40,226 nucleotides of DNA, from positions 1 to 40,226 of the forward strand of contig JASFVS010000001.1 in NCBI GenBank assembly GCA_050049715.1, read 5' to 3'. A program made the position numbers and the translations under genes. This DNA comes from Phycisphaerales bacterium. Lineage in GTDB: Bacteria; Planctomycetota; Phycisphaerae; Sedimentisphaerales; Anaerobacaceae. A model generated the notes under the pieces. It was not told where the DNA came from. It saw nothing but the letters and a program-made list of their open reading frames with translations, and ran no database searches. Below are positions 1 to 9,620 of the stretch, piece by piece. Each line of letters begins with the position of its first letter. Position 1 is the stretch's first letter.

Positions 1-1449
1 GGACGATGGCGCTTGGTGCGTCAGGGATTGACCGAAAGCTTACTCATTGCTTTGGCCGGTGCAGCTGGCGGGTTGTTATTCGCTTCATGGGCAAAGCAAG
101 TTCTCTTCAATATGTTCTGGTCGTCGAATGAAGGAGTTGATTTAAGCCTGGATGTTACTGTGCTTGGTTTTACTTTAGTGATTTGCGTGGGATCAGTATT
201 GTTGTTCGGTTTGCTACCAGCCTGGCGCTGGAGTCGTATCAATCCCATGGTCTCGCTAAAGGAACGTTCCTCATGCGTATTGTCACGTATGCGATTGGGT
301 AAATGGATGGTTTCTTTGCAAATTGCCCTGGCCTTGCTGTTGTTAGTAGGGGCAGGACTTTTTGTACGAACATTAGTAAATCTATACAGAGTGAACACCG
401 GTTTCCAGACCAAGAATCTTTTAGTATTTAGCCTGGATGGTCGCAAGGCTGATATTAAAAACCAACAACTGGCAGATTTCTACGAACAGGTGCGTTCGGC
501 CATTGAAACACTGCCAAGTGTTCGGGGTGTGGCCCATTCCAATCTGCTATTGCTGACTGGCTGGATGAATAATAGTAAGGCGCAAATTCCCGGGCGACCC
601 GCAGAGGACAAAATGCCAATTCTGGGATTGTCTGTCAGCGACTCGTTCTTATCGACGATGGATATTTCGCTGTTGCTGGGTCGTGATTTTTCTATCACGG
701 ATAATGAAGCCGGGCGACCGGTTATTCTGGTCAACGAGACGCTGGCGCGTACAGCATTTCCGGAACAGAACCCTATCGGCCAAACTCTTACTATCAATCG
801 GCGAGAGTATAATATTGTAGGTGTCTTCGAGGATATAACTTACGTCAGATTAAAACAGGCTCCGGAACCGACTGTATTTTATTCCTACCAACAGCAATCC
901 GGATATCCGGGCAAGATTTTTTACGAAGTGCGGACTACATCAAATCCTATGGCTATGGTTCCCGCCATCCGCCAAATTATAACCGACATCAATCCCAATA
1001 TTCCGATGGCCGACATTAAGACTCAGGCTATCCAGCTCGATGAATCTATTGCACAGGAACGCTGCTTTACCGTAATCGCTTCAGGGTTGGCATTGCTGGC
1101 CATATTGCTCTCGTGTATTGGCCTTTTCGGGCTCATGGCATACCGGACCGCTCAACGCACCGGTGAAATGGGTATCCGCATGGCTTTAGGTGCAACCGCT
1201 TGGAATCTGGCCTGGCCTGTTCTCCGTAGTGCGTTGCTAATGGCAACCGCTGGCATCTCTATAGGACTACTGATGGTTTTTGCTGCTGTCAGATTAATTC
1301 GCAACTATCTATTCGGGATTGAACCATACGACTTCGGAACTATAGTCGCGGCTATGTTTGTATTGATAATAGTTTCAATTTTAGCCGCATGGATACCAGC
1401 CCGCCGGGTGGCAAGAATCGACCCGATGGAGGCGCTGAGGTATGAGTGA
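1..1449 (+). CDS. ADOP/MacB-type ABC permease (P1), C-terminal ~480 aa; 5' end outside the window
   Basis: Frame 1 is open from base 1 (GRWR precedes the track's start at 13). It aligns with residue ~310 onward of the full-length paralogs (GAGRWRxFRQxLTESLLLALLGG). It contains a second periplasmic domain, a C-terminal 4-TM FtsX bundle, and the family tail RIDPMEALRYE*. Confidence 0.9.
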   Translation, partial: GRWRLVRQGLTESLLIALAGAAGGLLFASWAKQVLFNMFWSSNEGVDLSLDVTVLGFTLVICVGSVLLFGLLPAWRWSRINPMVSLKERSSCVLSRMRLGKWMVSLQIALALLLLVGAGLFVRTLVNLYRVNTGFQTKNLLVFSLDGRKADIKNQQLADFYEQVRSAIETLPSVRGVAHSNLLLLTGWMNNSKAQIPGRPAEDKMPILGLSVSDSFLSTMDISLLLGRDFSITDNEAGRPVILVNETLARTAFPEQNPIGQTLTINRREYNIVGVFEDITYVRLKQAPEPTVFYSYQQQSGYPGKIFYEVRTTSNPMAMVPAIRQIITDINPNIPMADIKTQAIQLDESIAQERCFTVIASGLALLAILLSCIGLFGLMAYRTAQRTGEMGIRMALGATAWNLAWPVLRSALLMATAGISIGLLMVFAAVRLIRNYLFGIEPYDFGTIVAAMFVLIIVSILAAWIPARRVARIDPMEALRYE

Positions 1450-1466
1450 GATAGAATACAGAAGAC
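1423..1466. repeat. Junction repeat copy 1 (3' end of P1 plus post-stop motif)
   Basis: The sequence is CCGATGGAGGCGCTGAGGTATGAGTGAGATAGAATACAGAAGAC. Its first 29 nt are identical to the copy at 12689 and differ by 1 nt from the copy at 9490. Similarity continues past the TGA stop. Confidence 0.85.
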
Positions 1467-1487
1467 AGTGTAGGGAAGGAATTGTAG

Positions 1488-3902
1488 ATGAGTACTTTAT
1501 GGCATGATATTCGATACGGCTTTCGGGCGCTATTAAGAAATCCGGGATTGGCGATGGTAGTGATATTGACGCTGGCATTCAGCATTGGGATTAATATTGC
1601 AGTCTTTACCGTAGTTGATGGTATTTTACTACGTCCGTTGCCCTTTCCTGAATCGGATAAGCTGATATTTATCGGCTATTACCAGGATGGTATGCTGGAT
1701 ACACTCTCAGGGCCCGACTTCCTTGACTGGGAAAACCAGAATCACGTTTTCAAAAATTTATCCGCTTTCACTTTTTCTGACAGAAACCTGACAGGTATCG
1801 ATCGTCCGATGGCTTTGAAGACCTGGAACGTTACGACAAATTATTACCAAACTATGGGTATCGAACCAATTCTGGGCCGCGGTTTCCTACCCGAAGAATC
1901 TATCGAAGGCAATCATCAAGTTGTTATTTTAAACCATGATTTGTGGCAACAAAAATTCGGTGCCAATCCACAGGTAATCGGTAAACATATCACTTTGGAT
2001 GGGGAACCGTACACTGTGGTTGGAGTTGCTCCAGGAAAACAGGGAATAATAGGGCAGATGGCTCAAATCTTAGTCCCCCTAATCAAACAGGAATTAAATC
2101 AAAGTCGGGATTCGCACTCCTACCTGGCAGTGGGAAGGCTCAAATCCGGAATAACCCTGCAACAGGCCCAGGCGGAAATGGATACTATTGTCAGCCGACT
2201 GGAACAGAAGTATCCTAATTCTAATGCGAACTCTCGCGTTGAACTCATGCCTCTACAGAAGATATTGATAAGGGAAGCCGGAGTAATGCTTTGGATTTTA
2301 TTCTCTGCTGTGGGACTGTTTCTTTTAGTCGCAGGTGTGAATGTGGCCAGTATTCTGTTGGCACGCTCAGAAACACGAAGGCCTGAAATAGCTGTGCGCC
2401 GTGCATTGGGGGCCAGCCGGTTCCGTGTAATTAGGCAGATACTCATCGAAAGTCTGGTTTTGTCTGTGCTCGGTGGCGCTGCAGGGTTGCTAATGGGTTA
2501 TTGGGCTGTAACGTATCTGCAGCAAATGTTGCCCAACGAACTTTTCGGCGGTATCCCTCTTTTCGACCAGGTGCAGTTCCATCCTCGCGTACTTGGTTTT
2601 GCATGTATAATTTCGTTAGTAACAGGATTCCTCTTTGGCATTATTCCGGCCTGGCATGCGTCACGACCAACGTTGACAGAGGTTCTCAGGCAGGGGACTC
2701 AGACTGCTCTTGGTGGTTCACGCAGACACGGTTTGCTAAGTATCTTTGTGGGTACGGAAATAGCACTTGCTCTTGTTTTACTCGTTGGTGCCGGTTTACT
2801 CGCAAAAAGTTTTTATCGGTTTCAGCATGTTGAGCCTGGTTTTGACAGTAAACGGATTTTGGCTGTAGAATTGGAACTTCCGGGGCAGGATAAATATAGG
2901 ACACACTATCAACGTTTGGCGTTCTTCAGACAGGCCAAACGACGTATAGCATCCCTTTCAGATGTTATATCGGTTGATTCTATTAATCTTCGTCCATTGA
3001 GTACCTGGAAATCTAATCAGGGTTTCCGGATTGAAGGACGAGCCCCTTTGCCGACAGGGCGACATCAGGCGGCCGAGTACAGGCAGGTCAGTTGGAATTA
3101 CTTTTCCACGATGAAAATGAAATTGAGGTCGGGAAGATTTCTACAGGAAAAAGATGACAATACTAATCCGGTTATGGTGGTGAATGAGGCCTTTGTGTCT
3201 CGTTATTTCCCTGATGAAGAGCCTCTACATAAACACATACTCTTCCGCGGAAGAAATCTGGAGATTGTAGGTGTCGTCGGTAATGTCAAGTCACGCGGTA
3301 TGAGTTTGAACTTAGTAGAACATCCCCCAAAAATGTATGAACCAATAACCCAGGCCTGTAATAACTCTTTTACGATTATGGTCAGGACAATAGGTGATCC
3401 GATGGCATTAGTCGGTCCGGTTCAACAAAAGATCTGGGAGGTTGATGGAGATTTGCCTATTGCCAAGATTCACACTATGAATGAAGTATTATACGAATCC
3501 ATGGCCCTGCAGTATGTCGGGTCTTTATTAATGTGCGTGATAGCATTAGGCGCTCTGCTCCTTGCCGTAATTGGAATTTACGGTCTTTCAGCCTATTCCA
3601 CAAATCAACGTCACCATGAATATGGCATTCGTATGGCCATAGGGGCGCAGAGTAGGGATGTGCATTGGTTAGTGATGAAAAAAGGATTAAAGCTTACCGC
3701 TATAGGTTCGGTTGTCGGCTTAGTGGCTGCATTAGCCTTGGCAAGGGTTTTATCAAGTGTGCTTTATGATATGAGCGTTACGGATCCTGTTATTTTCGTA
3801 GGAATCACGTTGACGTTAATAGTTACAGCTCTTTTAGGCTGCCATATACCGGCCCGGAGAGCAGCGAAAGTTGACCCAATGGAAGCGTTAAGATACGAAT
3901 GA
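1488..3902 (+). CDS. ADOP/MacB-type ABC permease (P2), fused double FtsX with two periplasmic domains, 804 aa
   Basis: The N-terminus is MSTLWHDIRYGFRALLRNPGLAMVVILTLAFSIGINIAVF and the C-terminus is ARRAAKVDPMEALRYE*. An internal duplication is visible: IIPAWHASRPTLTEVLRQG mid-protein mirrors the C-terminal tail. Hydrophobic TM clusters flank two large soluble segments. Confidence 0.9.
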   Translation: MSTLWHDIRYGFRALLRNPGLAMVVILTLAFSIGINIAVFTVVDGILLRPLPFPESDKLIFIGYYQDGMLDTLSGPDFLDWENQNHVFKNLSAFTFSDRNLTGIDRPMALKTWNVTTNYYQTMGIEPILGRGFLPEESIEGNHQVVILNHDLWQQKFGANPQVIGKHITLDGEPYTVVGVAPGKQGIIGQMAQILVPLIKQELNQSRDSHSYLAVGRLKSGITLQQAQAEMDTIVSRLEQKYPNSNANSRVELMPLQKILIREAGVMLWILFSAVGLFLLVAGVNVASILLARSETRRPEIAVRRALGASRFRVIRQILIESLVLSVLGGAAGLLMGYWAVTYLQQMLPNELFGGIPLFDQVQFHPRVLGFACIISLVTGFLFGIIPAWHASRPTLTEVLRQGTQTALGGSRRHGLLSIFVGTEIALALVLLVGAGLLAKSFYRFQHVEPGFDSKRILAVELELPGQDKYRTHYQRLAFFRQAKRRIASLSDVISVDSINLRPLSTWKSNQGFRIEGRAPLPTGRHQAAEYRQVSWNYFSTMKMKLRSGRFLQEKDDNTNPVMVVNEAFVSRYFPDEEPLHKHILFRGRNLEIVGVVGNVKSRGMSLNLVEHPPKMYEPITQACNNSFTIMVRTIGDPMALVGPVQQKIWEVDGDLPIAKIHTMNEVLYESMALQYVGSLLMCVIALGALLLAVIGIYGLSAYSTNQRHHEYGIRMAIGAQSRDVHWLVMKKGLKLTAIGSVVGLVAALALARVLSSVLYDMSVTDPVIFVGITLTLIVTALLGCHIPARRAAKVDPMEALRYE

Positions 3903-3918
3903 TGAATAAAGGGAAGAA

Positions 3919-6345
3919 ATGAGTACTCTAATTAATGACATAAAATACGGTATCAGACAACTCTGGAAGAAGCCCGGTTTTACGGTTGTGGCGGTTTTGA
4001 TTCTGGGTTTGGGTATAGGCGCCAATACGGCTCTGTTTAGCTTAATCCAGGGGGTTTTGTTTAGTCCTTTGCCATTTGAAGACTCGGAAAACTTAGTGTT
4101 TGTGCAAAAGTCCTTTATAGGTCGTGGCCCGGGAGGGTCCTGTTCCGGTCCGGATTATCTGGACTGGGTCGAGCAGAATACGGTGTTTGAGGGATTAGCT
4201 TCTCTTGATATCGGGTATCGCTTGAATTTAACAGGCCAGGGAGAACCCGCGGCTTTGACAGGGGCAAGAGTCAGTACAAATTTCTTTGATGTGTTTGGCA
4301 CACGCGTCGCGCTGGGTCGTAAGTTTCGGAGTGACGAATCCGAGAGCGACAAGCGACACGTTGTAGTGCTGAGTGACCGGTTATGGCACGACCGTTTCGG
4401 TGCGGACCCTGATATTGTCGGTAAAAATATCAATCTCGATAGTGTCCCCTGCACCGTTATCGGCGTAGCGGCCCCAATGATGGGATTCATTGAGGAAATG
4501 ATTCAACTCTATGTCCCAATGCCAATCGATGAACTTCGCAGACACCGCGGCAGTCATTATCTGGATGTGATTGGCCGTTTGAAATCGGACGTATCTATCC
4601 AAGAAGCCCAGGCCCAAATGAATGTCGTATGCGCGCAGATTGAGAAACAACATCCCCGTACCAATAAGGACAAAAGGGTTTACTTGAGTTCTCTTCATAC
4701 CGAACTGATTGGGAGTATTCGGACAGCGTTTTTGGTATTGTATGGAGCTGTTGGATTTCTCTTATTGATCGCCTGTGTTAATGTATCGAATTTACTCTTA
4801 GCCAGAGCGGGAACACGTACGAAGGAAATCGCAGTTCGCAGCGCTCTGGGTGCCGGACGCTGGCGAATTTTTAGACAAATGCTGACAGAAAGCCTGCTTT
4901 TAGCTTTGCTCGGTGGCGCCTTCGGGTTGCTGCTTGGTTTTTGGGGATTGAGCGGCTTAAAGCTCATTGCTCCGGCGGTGTCACCCGATACCGGTGGTAG
5001 TATTCCCGGATTCGATGAGATAAGTCTTAATCCAATGGTCCTGGGATTTACTGTGCTGGTGTCTTTAGTTAGTGGTGTGTTGTTTGGTATGGTTCCGGCC
5101 TGGCACGGTTGTCGTTCTCGAATAATCGAAACGCTGAAACAGGGTGGGCGTTCCCTGTCGGAGGGGCGTTCGCGTCATCGTGCACTCAATATGCTGGTCG
5201 GTACGCAAGTGGCTTTAGCCCTGATTCTCCTGACCGGAGCCGGTTTACTGATTAAGAGCTTTTTTCGGTTACAGCACGTCCATCCCGGATTTGTGGCGGA
5301 TAGAGTTTTGGCCGTCACCCTGGAACGGCCGGATACCGAAAAGAACCGTAGTCTTAGTGAGCGAGTAGCTTTTTACGAACAGGTTGTTGACCGTATCCGT
5401 GCCTTGCCCGGCGTGGAGTGTGCCAGTGCCATCAGCAGGCATCCCATTACGTCCAGTACTAATGATAACGACTTTGGTATCAAGGGTAAAACCTTCCCGG
5501 TGGGTCAATCACCTAATGCGGAATACCGTCAAATTACACCCGATTATTTCAAATGTATGAAAATACCCCTGATCAAGGGTCGAGTGTTTACCCGCGAGGA
5601 TCGCGGCAACGAATCCCACGTTATTATAGTGAATCAGGAATTAGTACGCAGGTATTTCCCTGGCACAGACCCTATCGGACAGTTCCTTCAGATAAACGGC
5701 CGAGACAAAGAGGTAATCGGAGTCGTCGGTAACGTCAAACAGACCAGCCTGAATAGTAATCGCGTACGAACCTTTATGTACGAACCTATTACCCAGAGTT
5801 GCCGACGAGGTATGAGCCTAATGGTTCGTACAGCCGGCAATCCTAACGCTTTGATTAAAGCAATACATCAACAGATCTGGGATATCGATTCCAGTCAGCC
5901 TATTCTGAAAGCGGCTACTATGGAAAATATTATTGCTAATTCCATGTCTGTAGAGCGATTTTGCATGGTCCTGCTGGCCGTTATGGCCGGAGTAGCTTTG
6001 CTGATGGCCGTAGTGGGTCTTTATAGTGTCATGGCCTTTGCCGTTCACGAACGCATTAATGAAATCGGTATCCGCATGGCTTTGGGTGCACAAGCTGGTG
6101 ACATTCTAAAGCTTGTTACGAAACATGGGCTGATTCTAACGCTCATTGGTCTGGCAATCGGTCTGGCAGGGGCCTTCGCCCTCGTGCACTGCCTGTCCGG
6201 CATGCTGTATCAGACCAGTGCTACGGATCCAGTGACATTTGTAATTGTTCCATTAATACTCTTTGTTGTCGCTATGCTGGCCTGTTACCTGCCTGCACGA
6301 CGGGCGGCGAAAATCGATCCAATAAAAACATTAAGATACGAATAA
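3919..6345 (+). CDS. ADOP/MacB-type ABC permease (P3), 808 aa
   Basis: It begins MSTLINDIKYGIRQLWKKPGFTVVAVLILGLGIGANTALFS and ends ARRAAKIDPIKTLRYE*. The architecture matches P2. It starts 16 nt after the P2 stop. Confidence 0.9.
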   Translation: MSTLINDIKYGIRQLWKKPGFTVVAVLILGLGIGANTALFSLIQGVLFSPLPFEDSENLVFVQKSFIGRGPGGSCSGPDYLDWVEQNTVFEGLASLDIGYRLNLTGQGEPAALTGARVSTNFFDVFGTRVALGRKFRSDESESDKRHVVVLSDRLWHDRFGADPDIVGKNINLDSVPCTVIGVAAPMMGFIEEMIQLYVPMPIDELRRHRGSHYLDVIGRLKSDVSIQEAQAQMNVVCAQIEKQHPRTNKDKRVYLSSLHTELIGSIRTAFLVLYGAVGFLLLIACVNVSNLLLARAGTRTKEIAVRSALGAGRWRIFRQMLTESLLLALLGGAFGLLLGFWGLSGLKLIAPAVSPDTGGSIPGFDEISLNPMVLGFTVLVSLVSGVLFGMVPAWHGCRSRIIETLKQGGRSLSEGRSRHRALNMLVGTQVALALILLTGAGLLIKSFFRLQHVHPGFVADRVLAVTLERPDTEKNRSLSERVAFYEQVVDRIRALPGVECASAISRHPITSSTNDNDFGIKGKTFPVGQSPNAEYRQITPDYFKCMKIPLIKGRVFTREDRGNESHVIIVNQELVRRYFPGTDPIGQFLQINGRDKEVIGVVGNVKQTSLNSNRVRTFMYEPITQSCRRGMSLMVRTAGNPNALIKAIHQQIWDIDSSQPILKAATMENIIANSMSVERFCMVLLAVMAGVALLMAVVGLYSVMAFAVHERINEIGIRMALGAQAGDILKLVTKHGLILTLIGLAIGLAGAFALVHCLSGMLYQTSATDPVTFVIVPLILFVVAMLACYLPARRAAKIDPIKTLRYE

Positions 6346-6357
6346 TAGGAAGAAAAT

Positions 6358-7056
6358 ATGATTAAGTTGAAAAACATCGAAAAGTGTTACAAAACCAAAG
6401 CAGGATTTACCTATGTATTGCGGCAAATCACTCTGGATTTCGAAGATGGAGAGTTTGTCACTATCATGGGGCCGTCCGCCGCAGGCAAAACTACATTATT
6501 AAACATCCTCGGTATGCTTGACCACGACTGGGAGGGTGAATACTATCTCGAAGACAATGCGGTGCATGAGCTTAAACCCAAACAGCGTATGGCTTTGAAC
6601 AGGCAGTATGTGGGATTTGTGTTCCAGAACTTTAACCTTCTGGACAGCCTTACGGTTTATGAGAATCTGGATGCGCCCTTGTCCTATCGCAACGTTAAGA
6701 GTTCGGAACGTGCAAGTATTGTCTGCGATACTCTGGACCGTTTTGGAATCGTGGGCAAAAAGGATCTCTATCCAAGTCAGCTTTCCGGCGGTCAGCAACA
6801 ACTCGTAGCCATTGCCCGCGCTGTAGTGGCCAGCCCCAAGCTGATTCTTGCAGACGAACCAACAGGTAATCTGCATTCGTCACAAGGTGAGGAAATTATG
6901 GACCTATTTAAAAGATTGAATCGGGAAGGAACTACTATCATTCAAGTAACCCACTCGGAGAAATATGCCTCATACGGCAAACGTATTATTAAGCTCTCGG
7001 ATGGCTGGATGGATGGGGAAATCACCCCTGAGCAGTTATTAGGAAGGGTAAGTTAG
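6358..7056 (+). CDS. ABC transporter ATP-binding protein (MacB/LolD-type NBD), 232 aa; the only NBD in the array
   Basis: Motifs present: Walker A GPSAAGKTT, Q-loop FVFQNFNLL, signature LSGGQQQ, Walker B LILADEPT, H-loop VTHS. It lies 12 nt after the P3 stop and 3 nt before the P4 start. Confidence 0.93.
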   Translation: MIKLKNIEKCYKTKAGFTYVLRQITLDFEDGEFVTIMGPSAAGKTTLLNILGMLDHDWEGEYYLEDNAVHELKPKQRMALNRQYVGFVFQNFNLLDSLTVYENLDAPLSYRNVKSSERASIVCDTLDRFGIVGKKDLYPSQLSGGQQQLVAIARAVVASPKLILADEPTGNLHSSQGEEIMDLFKRLNREGTTIIQVTHSEKYASYGKRIIKLSDGWMDGEITPEQLLGRVS

Positions 7057-7059
7057 AGC

Positions 7060-9516
7060 ATGGTAAATTTATGGCACGACATCAAGTGCGGTATTCGACA
7101 ATTGCGCAAGTCTCCCGGCTTTACTATCGTAGCCGTACTGACCCTGGCACTCGGTATCGGTGCTAATATTACGATGTTCAGTTTCTTCAATGCCTATCTG
7201 CTTCGTCCCTTGCCGTACCAGGATACCGATCGTATAGTAACAGTGCGAGAGGAGGACAGAAAGACAGGTGACAGACCGCCGAACATTTCGTATGCCGACT
7301 ATCTGGACTGGGCCGAACATAACCAATGCTTTGAAGCATTGGCCTGTTATGGCATTGATGATTATACCCTTACATATCAAGATTCAAAGGAACGCCTCGG
7401 TTGTATAAAGGCCACAGGCAACCTGCTATCTATGCTTGATGTCAAACCTGTTGCTGGCCGGCTCTTTAGGCCAGAGGACGACCAGCCGCAGGCGGAGAGG
7501 ACGGTGATTCTAAGCCATGCACTTTGGCAACGGCGCTTTGGAGGCAGTACTGATGTGCTTGGTGAGTCTATTTTACTCAATGATCTTCCTTATACGGTCA
7601 TCGGTGTGTTACCTGCTTCGTTTGCCTTTCCCTCCTTCCGTCGAGATCCTGTTGACCTATGGACCCCCATGGCACCAATGGCGGTGATAGCTGGAAATGA
7701 GTGGTTTGCTGAGCGGGGTAACTATGGAGGAACCACAGGTATAGGGAAGCTCAAAGCGGGTGTATCCTTACAGCAGGCCCGGGCCGAGATGGATCGGGTA
7801 GCCCGACAATTAGAACAGGCCAATCCAAGATTCAATACGAATAAGGGTATATTCGTAGGATCATTCCACCACCGTCTCGTAGCCAACGTGAAGCCTACGA
7901 TGTTACTATTGATGGGCGCAGTGGCCTGCGTGCTCTTGATTGTATGTGTGAACATCGCCAATTTGGTTTTAATCCGTTCGGCCGTACGCAACCAGGAATT
8001 CGCCGTGCGCAGCGCCCTGGGTGCAGGTCGATGGCGTCTCTTTCGTCAATTGTTCTGCGAGAGCATGTTGTTAGCTGTACTTGGGGGCATAGGAGGACTC
8101 ATACTTGCCTTCTGGAGTTTGGATATCCTTGGCACTATACTGCCGGATAACCTGTCCCACCCTGACGGCAAACGTCTCCTGATGGATGGTCCTATGGTTC
8201 TGTTCCTACTGGGAGCCACAATGGGTACAGCTATGATTTTCGGTTTATTGCCGGCACTGCGGTCATCCCGGGTGGTATTGAGCCGTTCTTATTGGGACAC
8301 GGCACGAAGTGTTACTGCAGGACCGGGCAGCCATCGGTTGCGTAATGCCTTGGTTATTTCCGAGATGGCGCTGGCCTTGATTTTGTTAGTCGGGGCTGGC
8401 TTGCTGCTTCGCAGCTTTGTATACTATCTACGGAGCGACCCCGGATTCGATTCTCAAAAGACCCTGGTTATGAATCTTGATTTGCCTAAGAGGATCGGTC
8501 AATACCCTCCGCAGAAACAGGACTTTTATCGAGAACTCGTTCAACAGATTCAACCTATTGCTGGTGTTGAGTATGTAGGTGCGGCCTCGAATATTCTGGG
8601 GCATTGGGGCCAGACTTACTATGTCGAAGGCAGCCCTATTCTAGGACCCGGTGAAGCCAGTGGGGCCAATATTGGTAATGTCACCCCAGCATTCTTCCAG
8701 TCCATGGGGATTCCGCTTTTGGAGGGACGTTTTTTCACAGAGCACGATCAGCGTGATGCGGCCCTGGTGGCTATCATCGATGAAAAACTGGCGCGTAGAT
8801 GGTGGCCTAATGAAAGCCCTATTGGCAAACGTATACAACGCAACGGGCGGCCTGATCCGAACGATTCCTGGTATGAAGTGGTTGGCGTGGTGGGGCACAT
8901 TAAATATGACGGGGTAGATAGGGAGGCGGGGGAATACCTGTATTTTAGTGCCTATCAGTCCGTCCAGACCTTCTGGGACAGCATGACACTCGTCGTGCGC
9001 AGCGATGGTGATCCCATGCGTCTGGCAGGTGGGATTGGACAAGCAATTGCCGCTGTTGACCAAGAGGTCACAACCGGCAACATTCGCACGTTGCAGACGA
9101 TTGTGGGGGAACAATCCTTCATGCGGCGTTTAATTACAACCGTATTGGGTTTATTCGCAATTACGGCTTTGGTACTTTCCGCCTTGGGCATCTACGGTGT
9201 GATGGCTTATTCCATGTCTCAACGTACTCATGAAATTGGCATCCGCGTGGCCCTGGGAGCCAGCGAAGGTAATATTATTCGTATGACTCTGCGCCAGGGT
9301 ATTAAGCTGGTGCTGGTGGGCGTCAGCCTTGGATTGATAGGAGCCTTAGTTTTGACTCGATTACTTACCGGTTTTCTATTTGGTGTATCCAGCAGAGACC
9401 CGATTACATTATTCACTGTGATTGGTGTATTGGTAATAATAGCTCTCCTGGCCTGTTATGTTCCAGCTCGACGAGCGGCAAAGACTAATCCGATGGAAGC
9501 GCTGAGGTATGAGTGA
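7060..9516 (+). CDS. ADOP/MacB-type ABC permease (P4), 818 aa
   Basis: It begins MVNLWHDIKCGIRQLRKSPGFTIVAVLTLALGIGANITMFS and ends ARRAAKTNPMEALRYE*. It has the same double-FtsX layout. Confidence 0.9.
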   Translation: MVNLWHDIKCGIRQLRKSPGFTIVAVLTLALGIGANITMFSFFNAYLLRPLPYQDTDRIVTVREEDRKTGDRPPNISYADYLDWAEHNQCFEALACYGIDDYTLTYQDSKERLGCIKATGNLLSMLDVKPVAGRLFRPEDDQPQAERTVILSHALWQRRFGGSTDVLGESILLNDLPYTVIGVLPASFAFPSFRRDPVDLWTPMAPMAVIAGNEWFAERGNYGGTTGIGKLKAGVSLQQARAEMDRVARQLEQANPRFNTNKGIFVGSFHHRLVANVKPTMLLLMGAVACVLLIVCVNIANLVLIRSAVRNQEFAVRSALGAGRWRLFRQLFCESMLLAVLGGIGGLILAFWSLDILGTILPDNLSHPDGKRLLMDGPMVLFLLGATMGTAMIFGLLPALRSSRVVLSRSYWDTARSVTAGPGSHRLRNALVISEMALALILLVGAGLLLRSFVYYLRSDPGFDSQKTLVMNLDLPKRIGQYPPQKQDFYRELVQQIQPIAGVEYVGAASNILGHWGQTYYVEGSPILGPGEASGANIGNVTPAFFQSMGIPLLEGRFFTEHDQRDAALVAIIDEKLARRWWPNESPIGKRIQRNGRPDPNDSWYEVVGVVGHIKYDGVDREAGEYLYFSAYQSVQTFWDSMTLVVRSDGDPMRLAGGIGQAIAAVDQEVTTGNIRTLQTIVGEQSFMRRLITTVLGLFAITALVLSALGIYGVMAYSMSQRTHEIGIRVALGASEGNIIRMTLRQGIKLVLVGVSLGLIGALVLTRLLTGFLFGVSSRDPITLFTVIGVLVIIALLACYVPARRAAKTNPMEALRYE

Positions 9517-9540
9517 GACAGAAAACAGAATACAGAAGAC
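9490..9540. repeat. Junction repeat copy 2 (3' end of P4 plus post-stop motif, with an internal ACAGAA duplication)
   Basis: The sequence is CCGATGGAAGCGCTGAGGTATGAGTGAGACAGAAAACAGAATACAGAAGAC. Confidence 0.85.
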
Positions 9541-9620
9541 GAGTGAATCATTCAGTTTTCTTATAAATATTGTCATTGAACCGTTGAAAAGTAAAGCGTT
9601 CACACGATAAGGAGAATTCT

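Noticed and set aside
9517-9620. A hidden small peptide gene (for example an exported peptide or bacteriocin precursor) in the largest intergenic gap of the array.
   Set aside because: The longest start-to-stop reading in the gap is a 7-codon GTG ORF. The gap more likely holds an internal promoter or RBS for the Tat-signal gene.
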